64,000 bases of DNA from positions 35,758 to 99,757 of the forward strand of contig CALOCX010000002.1 in the NCBI GenBank assembly GCA_942491995.1, given 5' to 3'. This document shows, piece by piece, positions 9,166 to 19,211 of this stretch. The stretch's first letter is position 1; every line of letters starts with the position of its first letter. This stretch comes from an uncultured Gammaproteobacteria bacterium. GTDB lineage: Bacteria; Pseudomonadota; Gammaproteobacteria; UBA9214. The notes under the pieces are model-generated. The model saw nothing but the letters and a program-made list of their open reading frames with translations. It was not told where the DNA came from and searched no databases. The translations under genes were made by a program, and so were the position numbers.

Positions 9166-10236
9166 CTAGAAGGTGTGCTTCATACCAAATGACAGCTTTC
9201 TGTCTTTGGAATCGTCCTTGTTGTCGCCAATAGCCGAACAGACATCGTTATCCTGCTGATCGCAGCGGAGCTCACTGTAGCCACCGTAGAGCATGGTACG
9301 CCGGCTCATATGGTGAGTCCCAACCAGCTGCCAGGCATTGTAGTAGGATGCCGTACTGCCACCGCTACCTTCTTCACCGCGTCCAAAGCCAAGATAGGCC
9401 ATGGAGTTACCCAGCGAGGCGGTTGCACCCAGCATCCAGGTGTTGGCGCCATCACCTGAACCATCGGTCTGGTTGTCGCCACGTGCACTGATCAGGCCAT
9501 CATCCCCCTCGTACTGCGCGAAAAAGGAGAACATACCCAGGTCGTACTTGCCACCCACCTTCCAGGCAGAATCATCGCCGCCCGCATCACTGGTAATGTA
9601 GTCTGCGAAGACAAGAAAGGAACCACCCTGCCACTGGCCGCCAATACCCCAGGGGCTGTCGGCGTTTGGATTGTCCTGGTCTTCAGTCTGCACGGTGTAG
9701 TGTGCGCCGGCACCGAGACCATTCCAGGTGGGCGTGTCGTAACGCAGTGTGTTGGTTGCTCGCCCCTGACCGTCCTCGCCTGCACCACGGTGCAAATCAG
9801 ACTGCAGGCCACGATCACGTTGCTGCAGTGCCGTGCGATAGATGGGATCCAGCATGGCGCCGTGTGACTTGTAAACGGTCGAGATGGTACCCGCACGCAG
9901 TTGGCCAAACACCCCGCCCAGTCCCAGCCACTGGTCACGATCGGTGATTGCATTTTTTCCAGAATCAGTAGCACCATTACCATTACGCTCGGTGGTGTCG
10001 TACTGGAAGTCAAGCTTGAACATCGCCTTGAGACCATTACCCAGGTCTTCGCTACCCTTGAAACCAAAAGAACAGGTCGTGCAATTCATATTGATGAAAT
10101 CGCCACCGCCCCCATCCGCATCCTCGTAATCCAGACTGGTATCGATGTGTCCAAATACCACAACGTCTGCGGAGGCCGCACTCATGCCACCCGCGAGGAC
10201 CGCAGCCATCAGGATCGGTAATTGTCTTTTCATCAT
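9166..10236 (-). CDS. outer-membrane porin (Gram-negative porin superfamily), paralog 1
   Basis: Start MMKRQLPILMAAVLAGG (a signal peptide) with GGGGAG as SD. Gly/Asp-rich beta-barrel composition. The C-terminus SFGMKHTF ends in Phe. About 60% identical to the next gene. Confidence 0.7.
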   Translation of the reverse strand: MMKRQLPILMAAVLAGGMSAASADVVVFGHIDTSLDYEDADGGGGDFINMNCTTCSFGFKGSEDLGNGLKAMFKLDFQYDTTERNGNGATDSGKNAITDRDQWLGLGGVFGQLRAGTISTVYKSHGAMLDPIYRTALQQRDRGLQSDLHRGAGEDGQGRATNTLRYDTPTWNGLGAGAHYTVQTEDQDNPNADSPWGIGGQWQGGSFLVFADYITSDAGGDDSAWKVGGKYDLGMFSFFAQYEGDDGLISARGDNQTDGSGDGANTWMLGATASLGNSMAYLGFGRGEEGSGGSTASYYNAWQLVGTHHMSRRTMLYGGYSELRCDQQDNDVCSAIGDNKDDSKDRKLSFGMKHTF

Positions 10237-10361
10237 GCTGTGCTCCCCGGAAACTTCAGAATGCGGCTTACTTGACAAGCCTTGTAATATAAAGATAAAT
10301 CTACTCAATCGTCAACAAAAATGCAACATCAATTTCCATTATGTTGTTATTGAGCAACAGA

Positions 10362-10392
10362 AAAGAAAACGGGGCCAACTGGCCCCGTTTCC
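10362..10392 (-). terminator. rho-independent terminator after porin gene 2
   Basis: On the minus strand: acggggcca-gtt-ggccccgt followed by TTTTCTTTTC. This is the same hairpin family as at 9116 and 33121. Confidence 0.6.
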
Positions 10393-10414
10393 CGGTTCTG
10401 CTCGATACTGCCGA

Positions 10415-11509
10415 TTAGAACGTGTGCTTCATACCCAGCGAGAAATCACTGACCTTGTCGAAGTCATCATAGTCCCGCTGAGCGTAACCGGCATAGACCT
10501 TGGTACGCTTGCTGAGGCTATGTACACCGACGATTTCCCAGTTTTTGGACTTGGTACCCACTGACTCTGTGCCCAACGTACCGTCATCGTAAATAAGCGT
10601 ACCACCGTCGGCATCGTCAGCCTGGCCGTATGCCGCATAGATCAGGTTGTTGCCAAAACCGGCGGTACCACCGACGAACCAGGTATCGGCACCATCACCA
10701 TTGCCAACAACATCCTGGCCGATAACTACACCATCTTTGACGGCAAAGCCCGTGCGCCGACTGATTGCACCACCGTCACCCTCGTACTGTCCGAAGAGGG
10801 CGAACTTGTCGAAGCCCCAACGGCCACCGACCTTCCAGGCGTCGTCGTCGCCACCGGCATCGCTGGTGATGTAGTCAGCAAAGACCAGGAAACCACCGGC
10901 CTGCCAATGGCCACCGATACCCCAGGGGCTGTCGGCGTTCGGATCAGCCTGGTCTTCTTTCTGTACGGTGTAGTGACCGGCTACCTGGAAACCTGCAAAG
11001 GTCGGGCTGTCATAACGGATGGTGTTGGTGGCACGACCCTGAGCCGCGGTATCGCCGGCACCGGTGTGCAGGTTGGACTGCAGACCCCAGTCACGACCCT
11101 GGAGCGCGGTACGGTAGATCGGGTCCAGCATGGCACCGTGAGACTTGTAAACAGTCGAGATGGTACCAATGCGCAGCTTACCGAAGTTGCTGTCAAGACC
11201 TAACCACTGGTCACGATCGGTGATTGCATTATTTCCAATAGGATTAGATCCATTACGCTCGGTGGTGTCGTACTGGAAGTCAATCTTGAAGATCGCCTTC
11301 AGGCCGTTACCCAGGTCTTCACTGCCCTTGAAGCCAAACGAACAAGTGGTACAGGTCAGGTTGTTGAGGGTTTTGTTGCTCTGGTTTTTGTCCTTGCCGC
11401 TGTTAAAACTGGTATCGATGTGACCCATTGCAGTCACGTCAGCAAATGCACTGGACATACCACCCACGAGGGCGGCGCCAATCATTACCGGTAAGATTTT
11501 CTTAATCAT
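10415..11509 (-). CDS. outer-membrane porin, paralog 2
   Basis: Start MIKKILPVMIGAALVGG with AAGGGGA as SD. The C-terminus is DFSLGMKHTF. It is a tandem paralog of 9166..10236. Confidence 0.7.
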   Translation of the reverse strand: MIKKILPVMIGAALVGGMSSAFADVTAMGHIDTSFNSGKDKNQSNKTLNNLTCTTCSFGFKGSEDLGNGLKAIFKIDFQYDTTERNGSNPIGNNAITDRDQWLGLDSNFGKLRIGTISTVYKSHGAMLDPIYRTALQGRDWGLQSNLHTGAGDTAAQGRATNTIRYDSPTFAGFQVAGHYTVQKEDQADPNADSPWGIGGHWQAGGFLVFADYITSDAGGDDDAWKVGGRWGFDKFALFGQYEGDGGAISRRTGFAVKDGVVIGQDVVGNGDGADTWFVGGTAGFGNNLIYAAYGQADDADGGTLIYDDGTLGTESVGTKSKNWEIVGVHSLSKRTKVYAGYAQRDYDDFDKVSDFSLGMKHTF

Positions 11510-12041
11510 GATATTCCCCTTACAGAGTTGAAGTAGAGTTAACAAAGTCACTTGTCATTGCACGCGAGTACTTTACAACAACAAACAGCAAGAACGCAAC
11601 ACTTATTTTCAAAAAAACCACAGACTGCCTTATTGTGTTGTTTTGTTGTCACACCGTGAGGCATGACTCTCTCACCAGCCACTGTTTTCCATAGCTAAAA
11701 TTGTGGAAAGTCACTGTATTTACAGGGAGTTAGAATATTCCTACGGCACAGCAGCCACTCAGCGCCTGAATTGGGTACGCCAGCAGACACTCCGAGAACT
11801 GATGGATGTACATCAATTTCCACGTGTTGCTTACCTACCACAGACCATTATATAGGTACAAAACGACTCTTCCAGAAACGCCTTGGGACAGAAACGAATG
11901 GATGAAGCTAACCATTCCGGCAACCTTTGCGAATGATGCGACCTTCCTGAAAAGCAGCTGCGGCACAACGAAGAAACACCGTTACTGGAACCCGATTAAC
12001 GAGTAGTACACACGGCGCTGAAACATTACAAACCGGCAAAC

Positions 12042-13940
12042 TCAAGGTTCAGTTGAATATCCAAAGCTTTTAGCCCAGGGCTCAAGCAGTGGAACTATTC
12101 CTTTAATCTGATCCTGGTAATTCTTCCATCGTCCGATTGCTTGTGTATATAGACTCTGTGTCACCTGATTATAACTTGGAGTGGTTATCGTCTCCCTCGA
12201 CAATGCTGTCTGCTGAAAATCCAGTAAATGATCATGCCAGGCCAAACCCAGAAAGTTCAGTAGCGGTTCCGCGGCACCTTGCAAGTCATGGACAATATCT
12301 TCATACCTCAAAACTCCAGCATCAAGATCCAGGGCATTGTTGTAATGAACCCAAAGACTCATAACGGCATCATACAAGCTGGCAGATTGCTGCAGGGTCA
12401 GGAAATTCGCCATGGCATCGTTTAATTGAAAGTTCTGCATGAAACAACTCAGCACACAGTCGTACGGATGCCGTAATGCCAGAATGAATTTGGAAGCCGG
12501 GAAAACCCGGTGGATCAAACCAGCGTCAATGATATTCAGGGGCAGTTTGTCGATGACGAGCTTATGCGAACCATCAGGTTCAACATGAGAATTAAGCTCC
12601 TCGAAATATACTTCCCTTAACCCGGCTATCTGTTTGTCATCCAGGTCCGTCAGAAGATCAACTGTCGCGAGACCTCCCATGTGAGTCCGCATAGACTCCA
12701 CCATGTGTTTTTCTTCCACCACCAATACTTCGGGGTGTGACCGTAAAATTGTATCGAGGAGCGTGGTACCCGAGCGGGGGAACCCTACAAGAAATGCCAG
12801 TGAATATTGCCTGGTTGACGACTGTTTTGTGGACCATCTTATCTTCCCGGCATTCGCCCAGGATTCCGAGGTTTTTGATACTCGATCAAAGTAACGCTGC
12901 GCACTGAATTGCTGGCCAGCAGAAAATTGCCTGGCCATATTATTGGTTATCTCGAACTGAGAAAATGCGCTGGAAAACTCGCCAAGCCTGTCATATGTCT
13001 TTGAGAGAAGTTCCGAGTAACGCTGCCTTGTACGCGGCAAGAGTCTTTCGGGAGCTACCAGTTCAAGGAAATCACGAGCAGCTTCAAACTGCTTTTCCCT
13101 ACTGGCAAGCAGCGCCTTGAGAAACAGAAGTTCTGGATGGTTTTTTGGAAGTACCTGCTGTGCGCGATGCAAGGCCTTTTTCAGCTCGGTAACCCTGTTG
13201 TGCTTTTCGTAGAAATCACAAAGGCTGGTATGCGCGATTCCAAGATCAGGCTTGAGCTCGATCGCCTTCTCATAGCTCTCCACCGCCTCCTGCAACTTTC
13301 CAAGATCACAGAGTGCATTGCCGCGGTTGCTGTAAGCCTCGGCATAATCAGGCTTGAGCTCGATCGCCTTCTCATAGCTTTCCAGCGCACCCTCCAGTTG
13401 CCATAGCTCTCTAAGCACATTGCCACGGTTGCTGTAAGCCTCGGCATAATCAGGCTTGAGCTCGATCGCCTTCTCATGGCTCTCCACCGCCTCCTGCAGC
13501 CGCCCAAGGTCACAAAGTGCATTGCCACGGTTGCTGTAAGCCTCGGCATAACCAGGCTTGAACTGGATTGCCTTCTCACAGCTCTTCACCGCATCTTCCA
13601 GCCTCCCTAACTTGTGAAGTGCATTGCCACGGTTGCTGTAAGCATCCGCATAATCAGGTTTGAGCTGGATTGCCTTCTCATAGCTTTCCAGCGCCTGCTG
13701 CAGCTGCCCAAGGTCACAGAGTGCATTGCCACGGTTGCTGTAAGCATCCGCATAATCAGGCTTGAGCTCGATCGCCTTGTTGAATGCCTTGCACTGCCTC
13801 ATGAAACTTGCCTTGCTCCTGGCATGCCACTCCCAGGACATTGAGAATGAATACTGCTTGTGGATAGACCTGGAGTAATTCTCTACAAGCCTGCTCTGTC
13901 TTCGCCACCTGCCCGGAGTGATATAGATTGACCAGGGCAT
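12042..13940 (-). CDS. TPR-repeat protein with a C-terminal sulfotransferase domain (this is the downstream reading frame of a frameshifted gene)
   Basis: At least six 34-aa TPR units (AIELKPDYAEAYSNRGNAL...) are followed by GFPRSGTTLL, the PAPS 5'-PSB motif of sulfotransferases. Confidence 0.7.
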   Translation of the reverse strand: MPWSIYITPGRWRRQSRLVENYSRSIHKQYSFSMSWEWHARSKASFMRQCKAFNKAIELKPDYADAYSNRGNALCDLGQLQQALESYEKAIQLKPDYADAYSNRGNALHKLGRLEDAVKSCEKAIQFKPGYAEAYSNRGNALCDLGRLQEAVESHEKAIELKPDYAEAYSNRGNVLRELWQLEGALESYEKAIELKPDYAEAYSNRGNALCDLGKLQEAVESYEKAIELKPDLGIAHTSLCDFYEKHNRVTELKKALHRAQQVLPKNHPELLFLKALLASREKQFEAARDFLELVAPERLLPRTRQRYSELLSKTYDRLGEFSSAFSQFEITNNMARQFSAGQQFSAQRYFDRVSKTSESWANAGKIRWSTKQSSTRQYSLAFLVGFPRSGTTLLDTILRSHPEVLVVEEKHMVESMRTHMGGLATVDLLTDLDDKQIAGLREVYFEELNSHVEPDGSHKLVIDKLPLNIIDAGLIHRVFPASKFILALRHPYDCVLSCFMQNFQLNDAMANFLTLQQSASLYDAVMSLWVHYNNALDLDAGVLRYEDIVHDLQGAAEPLLNFLGLAWHDHLLDFQQTALSRETITTPSYNQVTQSLYTQAIGRWKNYQDQIKGIVPLLEPWAKSFGYSTEP

Positions 13941-14172
13941 TAATTTGGTCCCGCGAAGGATTTGCAGTCTGAACCTGCGTGGATTGATCGAGCGGTAAAT
14001 CTTTTCGCAGTTTTCTCAGGCCTTTTGTTGCAATCGGGTGATTGGGCTGGTGCTGCAATACCATGTTGTAGAGTTGCAATGCCAGCCTAGCATTACCACG
14101 CTTGATGGCCTTTTTTGCCCGTGATATGGCTTGTTCGATCGTTAATTCTCGAGGGTGAGTCATATGTTGCAC
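13756..14172 (-). CDS. N-terminal TPR segment of the same TPR-sulfotransferase, in the upstream reading frame
   Basis: 138 aa of TPR-like helices. It ends ...GKFHEAVQ exactly where the other frame continues AFNKAIELKPDYA. A single extra G near 13795 separates the two frames. Confidence 0.55.
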   Translation of the reverse strand: MQHMTHPRELTIEQAISRAKKAIKRGNARLALQLYNMVLQHQPNHPIATKGLRKLRKDLPLDQSTQVQTANPSRDQINALVNLYHSGQVAKTEQACRELLQVYPQAVFILNVLGVACQEQGKFHEAVQGIQQGDRAQA

Positions 14173-14323
14173 TCGCCATACTTGATATCTAGTTGATGAT
14201 TTTCAACACCCTTAAGATGAATCACGCTATGCACTCGTTCTACCGGTCGTCGCCATTGCACAACGACGTTCTAACTCGCTGCGCTCACACGTCGAACCCG
14301 AGGTTCTCATCCGAGTCCGCCTA

Positions 14324-14352
14324 AACAAAACCCGCCATGCGGCGGGTTTGGT
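14324..14352 (-). terminator. rho-independent terminator after the rplM-rpsI-tRNA-Gln unit
   Basis: On the minus strand: cccgcc-gcat-ggcggg followed by TTTTGTTT. Confidence 0.7.
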
Positions 14353-14355
14353 TTA

Positions 14356-14429
14356 TGGCTGGCGGACTAGGATTCGAACCTAGATTAGTGGAGTCAGAGT
14401 CCACTGTCCTGCCGTTAGACGATCCGCCA
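14356..14429 (-). tRNA. tRNA-Gln (anticodon CUG)
   Basis: Cloverleaf with a U1:A72 pair (the Gln identity element), T-loop GGTTCGAATCC, anticodon loop CU-CUG-AC, discriminator G and an encoded CCA. Begins 8 nt after the rpsI stop. Confidence 0.85.
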
Positions 14430-14437
14430 AAAGCGGC

Positions 14438-14827
14438 TTAACGTTTGGAGAACTGCGGAGCGCGACGCGCCTTGTGCAGACCGACCTTCTTGCGTTCCAC
14501 CTTACGGGCGTCACGTGTCACAAAGCCTGCTCGCCTCAGGACCGGGCGCAGTTCGTTATCGTATTCAATGAGTGCGCGGGTGATACCATGACGAATAGCA
14601 CCCGCCTGGCCACTCATGCCGCCACCCTTGACGGTAACCGTAATGTCAAAATCACCCAGCATATTGGATGTGTCCAGCGGCTGGCGCACAATCATGCGGG
14701 CGGTTTCACGACCGAAGTAGGTATCAAGAGGACGCTTGTTAACAATGATGTCGCCTTTACCCTTGCGCAGAAAAACCCGTGCAGTTGAAGTTTTACGGCG
14801 TCCGGTACTGTAGTAGGTGTCACTCAT
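14438..14827 (-). CDS. rpsI: 30S ribosomal protein S9
   Basis: 129 aa. The ...[18 protein letters not shown]-terminus is diagnostic. Confidence 0.95.
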   Translation of the reverse strand: MSDTYYSTGRRKTSTARVFLRKGKGDIIVNKRPLDTYFGRETARMIVRQPLDTSNMLGDFDITVTVKGGGMSGQAGAIRHGITRALIEYDNELRPVLRRAGFVTRDARKVERKKVGLHKARRAPQFSKR

Positions 14828-14900
14828 GCTTTATTCCTGTTGCTGACTTGATTTCGCGTCAGTCAATTCGTTTAACTGGGTTCTGATAATCGGGTGCTGA

Positions 14901-15328
14901 TTAAAAATTCAGTGGCTTTGGCTGCTGGGCAGCATGCTGATGGTCTGGCCCGGCGTAAACCTTCAGCTTGCGAAACATCGCGCGACCCAGCGGGTTCTTC
15001 GGCAGCATACCCTTGACAGCCAGTTCGATAACCCTGCCCGGTGCCTTTTCCTGCATCTTTTCAAAGTTAGCGGACTTCAGGCTACCGATGTAGCCGGTAT
15101 GGTGATAGTACATCTTGTCCGTTGCCTTGCGGCCGGTAACATGCACCTTGTCGGCATTCACCACAACGATGTAATCACCGGTATCGACATGGGGTGTATA
15201 TATAGGCTTGTGTTTTCCGCGCAGGCGGCGTGCGATCTCAGTGGCCAGTCGGCCCAATGTTTTACCTGCAGCATCAACGACATACCAGTCGCGATTCACT
15301 TCGTGTGCTTTTGCGGAAAATGTTTTCA
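14901..15328 (-). CDS. rplM: 50S ribosomal protein L13
   Basis: [20 protein letters not shown] matches the L13 N-terminus. The track start at 15359 is a TTG upstream and is rejected. Confidence 0.9.
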
Positions 15329-15483
15329 TCGGTATTAGCTCGGGATCATGCGAAATCAAAGAGCGGGGATGTTACAAAAGTCGCCGGTAACTTACAAGGT
15401 TTCCATCTGAAACAGCATCTTTAAATTCAGCACATCGCTCCCGGCATCCATGCCTCCCGCGACATGCCTACATCCCTGTAGGC

Positions 15484-15520
15484 AAAAAAAAGCGCGGACC
15501 AATGTGGCCGCGCTTAATAA
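15484..15520 (-). terminator. rho-independent terminator downstream of the ferredoxin gene
   Basis: On the minus strand: agcgcggcca-cattg-gtccgcgct followed by TTTTTTTT. Confidence 0.6.
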
Positions 15521-15740
15521 ACCTCCTTGGGGGGAGGTGGAGGAGCGCTGACTGACCAAATAGGGGGGCAGGCCAATCAGCGTGTTAGTATCTTCTAATA
15601 TAATGTCCTTCTTGTCAAGCCCCAAAGAGGTAATGGATTTCAGATGGCCGTAAAATCTTCTAAGTGATTGATAATATTGGCCAATCGTTAAATATTTGGT
15701 TTTATTAATAATATCAATGGGTTATACGTACACCCCTGTG

Positions 15741-16049
15741 TCAGATTCTCAACCGTTCCACAACCCGCCCGTTCTTCAGATGCTCCTCGATGATCTCGTC
15801 GATATCCTCGCGGTCAACATAGCTGTACCAGACCGATTCCGGGTACACGACTATTACAGGTCCTTCCGCACAGCGATCGAGACATCCCGCGGTATTGATC
15901 CTGACGCCACCCTCGCCGCCAAGCCCCAGTTCCTTGCAGCGTTGCTTGGCATAGTCACGGAGGCCCTGCGCATCGAATCGTTGACAGCAGTCACTGCCAT
16001 CCGCACGCAGATTGGTGCAGAAAAAAACATGATAAGCATAATAAGACAT
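15741..16049 (-). CDS. thioredoxin-like [2Fe-2S] ferredoxin
   Basis: About 102 aa with a four-Cys pattern (C-x-x-x-x-C ... C-x3-C) and VVVYPESVWY, typical of NuoE/Fdx4-type 2Fe-2S ferredoxins. Confidence 0.7.
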   Translation of the reverse strand: MSYYAYHVFFCTNLRADGSDCCQRFDAQGLRDYAKQRCKELGLGGEGGVRINTAGCLDRCAEGPVIVVYPESVWYSYVDREDIDEIIEEHLKNGRVVERLRI

Positions 16050-16102
16050 ATTCAATTAATTCCATCGGGGACGTGTTTACAGGATCATGCTATCTTAATG
16101 CG

Positions 16103-16747
16103 ATGCAAGAACGTAAACAGACTTTTATTGACCGGCTGATTACGCATACCGACCAGGCGTTGCGAACCGTCTTTGGCGAGCCCGTTGGCTCGGGGCGGGA
16201 AAACCCGGCTGAACCAGTCATGGAGCATGAACTCTCGACGGTCGACAAGACCAGGAGCATCCGCCTGATGCGGGTAAACCATGCCGGTGAAGTATGCGCC
16301 CAGGCGCTCTACCAGGGTCAGGCACTGACCGCTCGTCAACATGAAACACGCCAGCAAATGAAACAGGCCGCAATTGAAGAGAATGACCACCTCGCCTGGT
16401 GCCGACAACGCATCAGGGAGCTGGGCGGTCATACCAGCCTGCTTAACCCGATCTGGTATACCGGTTCCCTCGCGATGGGTGCAGCCTCGGGTCTAATGGG
16501 AGACAAATGGAGCCTGGGGTTTCTTGCAGAGACCGAAAACCAGGTTGTCAAACATATTGAGGGTCACCTGCAGCAATTGCCCGCGGACGACGGCAAGTCT
16601 CACGCGATACTGGAACAAATGAAAACCGACGAGGCAAAGCATAAAGCCAGTGCACTGAATGCAGGCGGCACCGCCCTTCCCGACCCGGTTAAAAAAATGA
16701 TGACGCTCGTATCCAGGGTAATGACCTCGACAGCCTCGCGGATTTAA
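16103..16747 (+). CDS. coq7: demethoxyubiquinone hydroxylase Coq7 (di-iron)
   Basis: RVNHAGEVCAQALYQGQ and a second E-x-x-H helix. About 214 aa from MQERKQ. Confidence 0.8.
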   Translation: MQERKQTFIDRLITHTDQALRTVFGEPVGSGRENPAEPVMEHELSTVDKTRSIRLMRVNHAGEVCAQALYQGQALTARQHETRQQMKQAAIEENDHLAWCRQRIRELGGHTSLLNPIWYTGSLAMGAASGLMGDKWSLGFLAETENQVVKHIEGHLQQLPADDGKSHAILEQMKTDEAKHKASALNAGGTALPDPVKKMMTLVSRVMTSTASRI

Positions 16748-16750
16748 GCA

Positions 16751-17554
16751 CTAGCTCGAACTGCGCGACATGTTGCGCCCGTAAAACATCTCCAGCATCT
16801 CCTTCCTGACCTGTGTACGTATCTTGTGCTGCTCGGCATCGGACAATGCTTCCATGCCGACACCAAACAGATAATCACCCAGATCGATGTCCTTCAGCAT
16901 CATCTTGGTATGGAATATGTTTTCCTGGTACACATTGACGTCAATCATCTGGTATTGCTCGCGTGTGTCACGAGACAGAAAGTCCTGTATCGAGTCTATC
17001 TTGTGATCGATAAAATGTTTCCTGCCTCGCACATCGCGCGTAAAGCCGCGTACACGATAGTCAAGAATGACAATATCCGATTCAAAAGTGTGTATCAGAT
17101 AATTCAGTGCCTTCAGGGGCGATACCCGGCCACAGGTTGAGACATCAATATCGACACGGAAGGTGCTGATCCCGTGGTCAGGATGACTTTCAGGATAGGT
17201 ATGCACGGTGATATGGCTCTTGTCCAGATGCGACACCACGGCCTCCGGCAAGGGCCCCGGTGTTGCCGTGTTTGACAGCAGTTCCGAGGCCACCGGTTCC
17301 TCCGAAATCAACATGGTGACGCTGGCGCCCTGCGGATCATAGTCCTGGCGTGCCGTATTCAGAATGTTGGCACCGATAATATTGGCGACGTCATTGAGTA
17401 TATCGGTGAGACGGTCGGCATTATATACCTCGTCTATATACTCGATATATTCTCTGCGGTGAGTCGCCTTTTGCGCATAAGCGATATCGTAAATATTAAA
17501 ACTGAGCGTCTTGGTAAGGTTATTGAAGCCGTGTAATTTAAGTTTTCGCATCAT
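16751..17554 (-). CDS. speD: S-adenosylmethionine decarboxylase proenzyme
   Basis: [22 protein letters not shown]...HTYPESHP is nearly collinear with E. coli SpeD. Confidence 0.9.
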   Translation of the reverse strand: MMRKLKLHGFNNLTKTLSFNIYDIAYAQKATHRREYIEYIDEVYNADRLTDILNDVANIIGANILNTARQDYDPQGASVTMLISEEPVASELLSNTATPGPLPEAVVSHLDKSHITVHTYPESHPDHGISTFRVDIDVSTCGRVSPLKALNYLIHTFESDIVILDYRVRGFTRDVRGRKHFIDHKIDSIQDFLSRDTREQYQMIDVNVYQENIFHTKMMLKDIDLGDYLFGVGMEALSDAEQHKIRTQVRKEMLEMFYGRNMSRSSS

Positions 17555-17590
17555 CGACCTTCCTGGCAGCAACCACCCGACGGTACCACA

Positions 17591-17986
17591 TCAAACAGTA
17601 ATGGGCGGATGGTAGATAAGCTGTACCACCGTACCTTCGGGGTCTGTGCAGTAGAAACTTCGCGCGCCATCGCGGTGGGTCAGTGGCACAGTCTTGATCA
17701 CAACGTCACTGGCCTTCAGGAACGCATACCAGTCATCGACCTGCGCTTCACTGGCGACAAAGAAGCCCAGATGATCCAGCCGCTGCGCTGATCCATCAGG
17801 ACCGGTATCCGCAACCCGATGCAGCGCCAGGTTGTCATTGCCCGAGGTTAAATAAACATTGTCCGCATCCGGACGCCACTCAACCTCCATGCCAAGCAAT
17901 TCAACGTAGAACCGCTCACAGGCCTCCAGGTCACTGACATTCAGGGCGACGTGCCGCATACCCAGCGTTTTTTGCGGCCGCTGCAT
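17591..17986 (-). CDS. VOC/glyoxalase-family protein
   Basis: 131 aa. GMRHVALNVSDLEACERFY is the glyoxalase-fold N-terminus. Confidence 0.7.
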   Translation of the reverse strand: MQRPQKTLGMRHVALNVSDLEACERFYVELLGMEVEWRPDADNVYLTSGNDNLALHRVADTGPDGSAQRLDHLGFFVASEAQVDDWYAFLKASDVVIKTVPLTHRDGARSFYCTDPEGTVVQLIYHPPITV

Positions 17987-18417
17987 TACCCGGCCCCGGC
18001 GACTGAGTCAACAATCTCGTAATCATGCGTAATTGTTGCCGTCTTGCCAAGCATGATCGATGCAGAACAGTATTTCTCTGCAGAAAGCTCCACGGCACGG
18101 GCAACCTGCCTGTCGGACAAGTCGTGACCGGTTACAACAAAATGCACGTGGATTTGAGTGAACACCTTCGGATCTGTATCAGCACGTGTCGCATCAATAT
18201 CAACCACACAGTCGACAATCTGCTGCCGTGCCTTCCTGAGTATCATCACCACATCAAATGCCGTACAACCCCCCATGCCGAGCAACAGCATCTCCATGGG
18301 GCGAATACCAAGATCACGCCCGCCACTCTCGGGAGGACCATCCATCACCACCGAGTGACCGCTGCCGGATTCCCCGACAAACGTCATTGCCTCAACCCAT
18401 TTAACACGCGCTTTCAT
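17986..18417 (-). CDS. OsmC/Ohr family peroxiredoxin-like protein
   Basis: OsmC fold with two conserved Cys (GGCTAF ... KYCSAS). Start is MKARVKW. Confidence 0.7.
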   Translation of the reverse strand: MKARVKWVEAMTFVGESGSGHSVVMDGPPESGGRDLGIRPMEMLLLGMGGCTAFDVVMILRKARQQIVDCVVDIDATRADTDPKVFTQIHVHFVVTGHDLSDRQVARAVELSAEKYCSASIMLGKTATITHDYEIVDSVAGAG

Positions 18418-18524
18418 TAGTACACCCAACCCTCGAAAAACGTGAATCCTATCACAGTTCAAAGCACCTGGTTGCGGTCTGCCAGCAGCCCTAAAGCTAT
18501 TGCCTGACTGCCCGATAAAGGGTC

Positions 18525-19190
18525 ATGCAAGCACTTCCACTGACATTCGAAGCAAATAACACGCCACTACCGGGTACCGTCAACCCCTGTATTACGCGAT
18601 TCCTTGAACACTGCCACCGCCGCAAATATCCGAACAAGAGCGTCATTATTTACGCAGGCGATCAGCCGGACGTTCTCTACTACATCATCAGTGGCTCGGT
18701 CAGTGTGCTGATCGAGGATGAGGACGGCCACGAGATCGTACTCGCCTACATCAATGCCGGCGGTTTTTTCGGTGAAATGGGACTGTTCGGGGAGAGTCCC
18801 AATCGCAGCGCATGGATACGTACCCGGATTGAATGCGAGGTCGCCGAAATCAGCTATTCGCGTTTCCGTTCACTCGCCAAGGAAGATCCGGATATCCTGC
18901 TGGAACTGACCGCCCAACTGGCCACACGTCTGCGCAAGACCAGTCGCAAGGTCAGTAACCTTGCCTTTCTCGACGTCACCGGGCGCATCGCGCACACCCT
19001 GCTGGAATTATGCAAGGAACCGGATGCGATGACCCACCCGGACGGCATGCAGATCAGGATTACCCGCCAGGAAATTGGGCGTATTGTGGGTTGCTCGCGC
19101 GAAATGGCGGGGCGGGTGCTGAAATCACTCGGTGAACAGGGACATATCTCGGTTAAGGGTAAAACGATTGTTGTATTCGGGACGCGTTAA
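18525..19190 (+). CDS. vfr: cAMP receptor protein CRP/Vfr
   Basis: Near-collinear with CRP/Vfr: the cNMP pocket FFGEMGLF...RSAWIRTR, then the [25 protein letters not shown] and the end [11 protein letters not shown]. Confidence 0.9.
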   Translation: MQALPLTFEANNTPLPGTVNPCITRFLEHCHRRKYPNKSVIIYAGDQPDVLYYIISGSVSVLIEDEDGHEIVLAYINAGGFFGEMGLFGESPNRSAWIRTRIECEVAEISYSRFRSLAKEDPDILLELTAQLATRLRKTSRKVSNLAFLDVTGRIAHTLLELCKEPDAMTHPDGMQIRITRQEIGRIVGCSREMAGRVLKSLGEQGHISVKGKTIVVFGTR

Positions 19191-19211
19191 ACCTGCTGGC
19201 CCTGCAGCATC

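Noticed and set aside
13181-13579. 132-aa minus-strand ORF with repeated MRRRSSSSL units
   Set aside because: It is an off-frame reading of the nucleotide-identical TPR repeats. The TPR frame is the real one.
14290-14322. possible second tRNA fragment (GGGTTCGAC T-loop-like sequence)
   Set aside because: No complementary T-stem or acceptor stem could be built.
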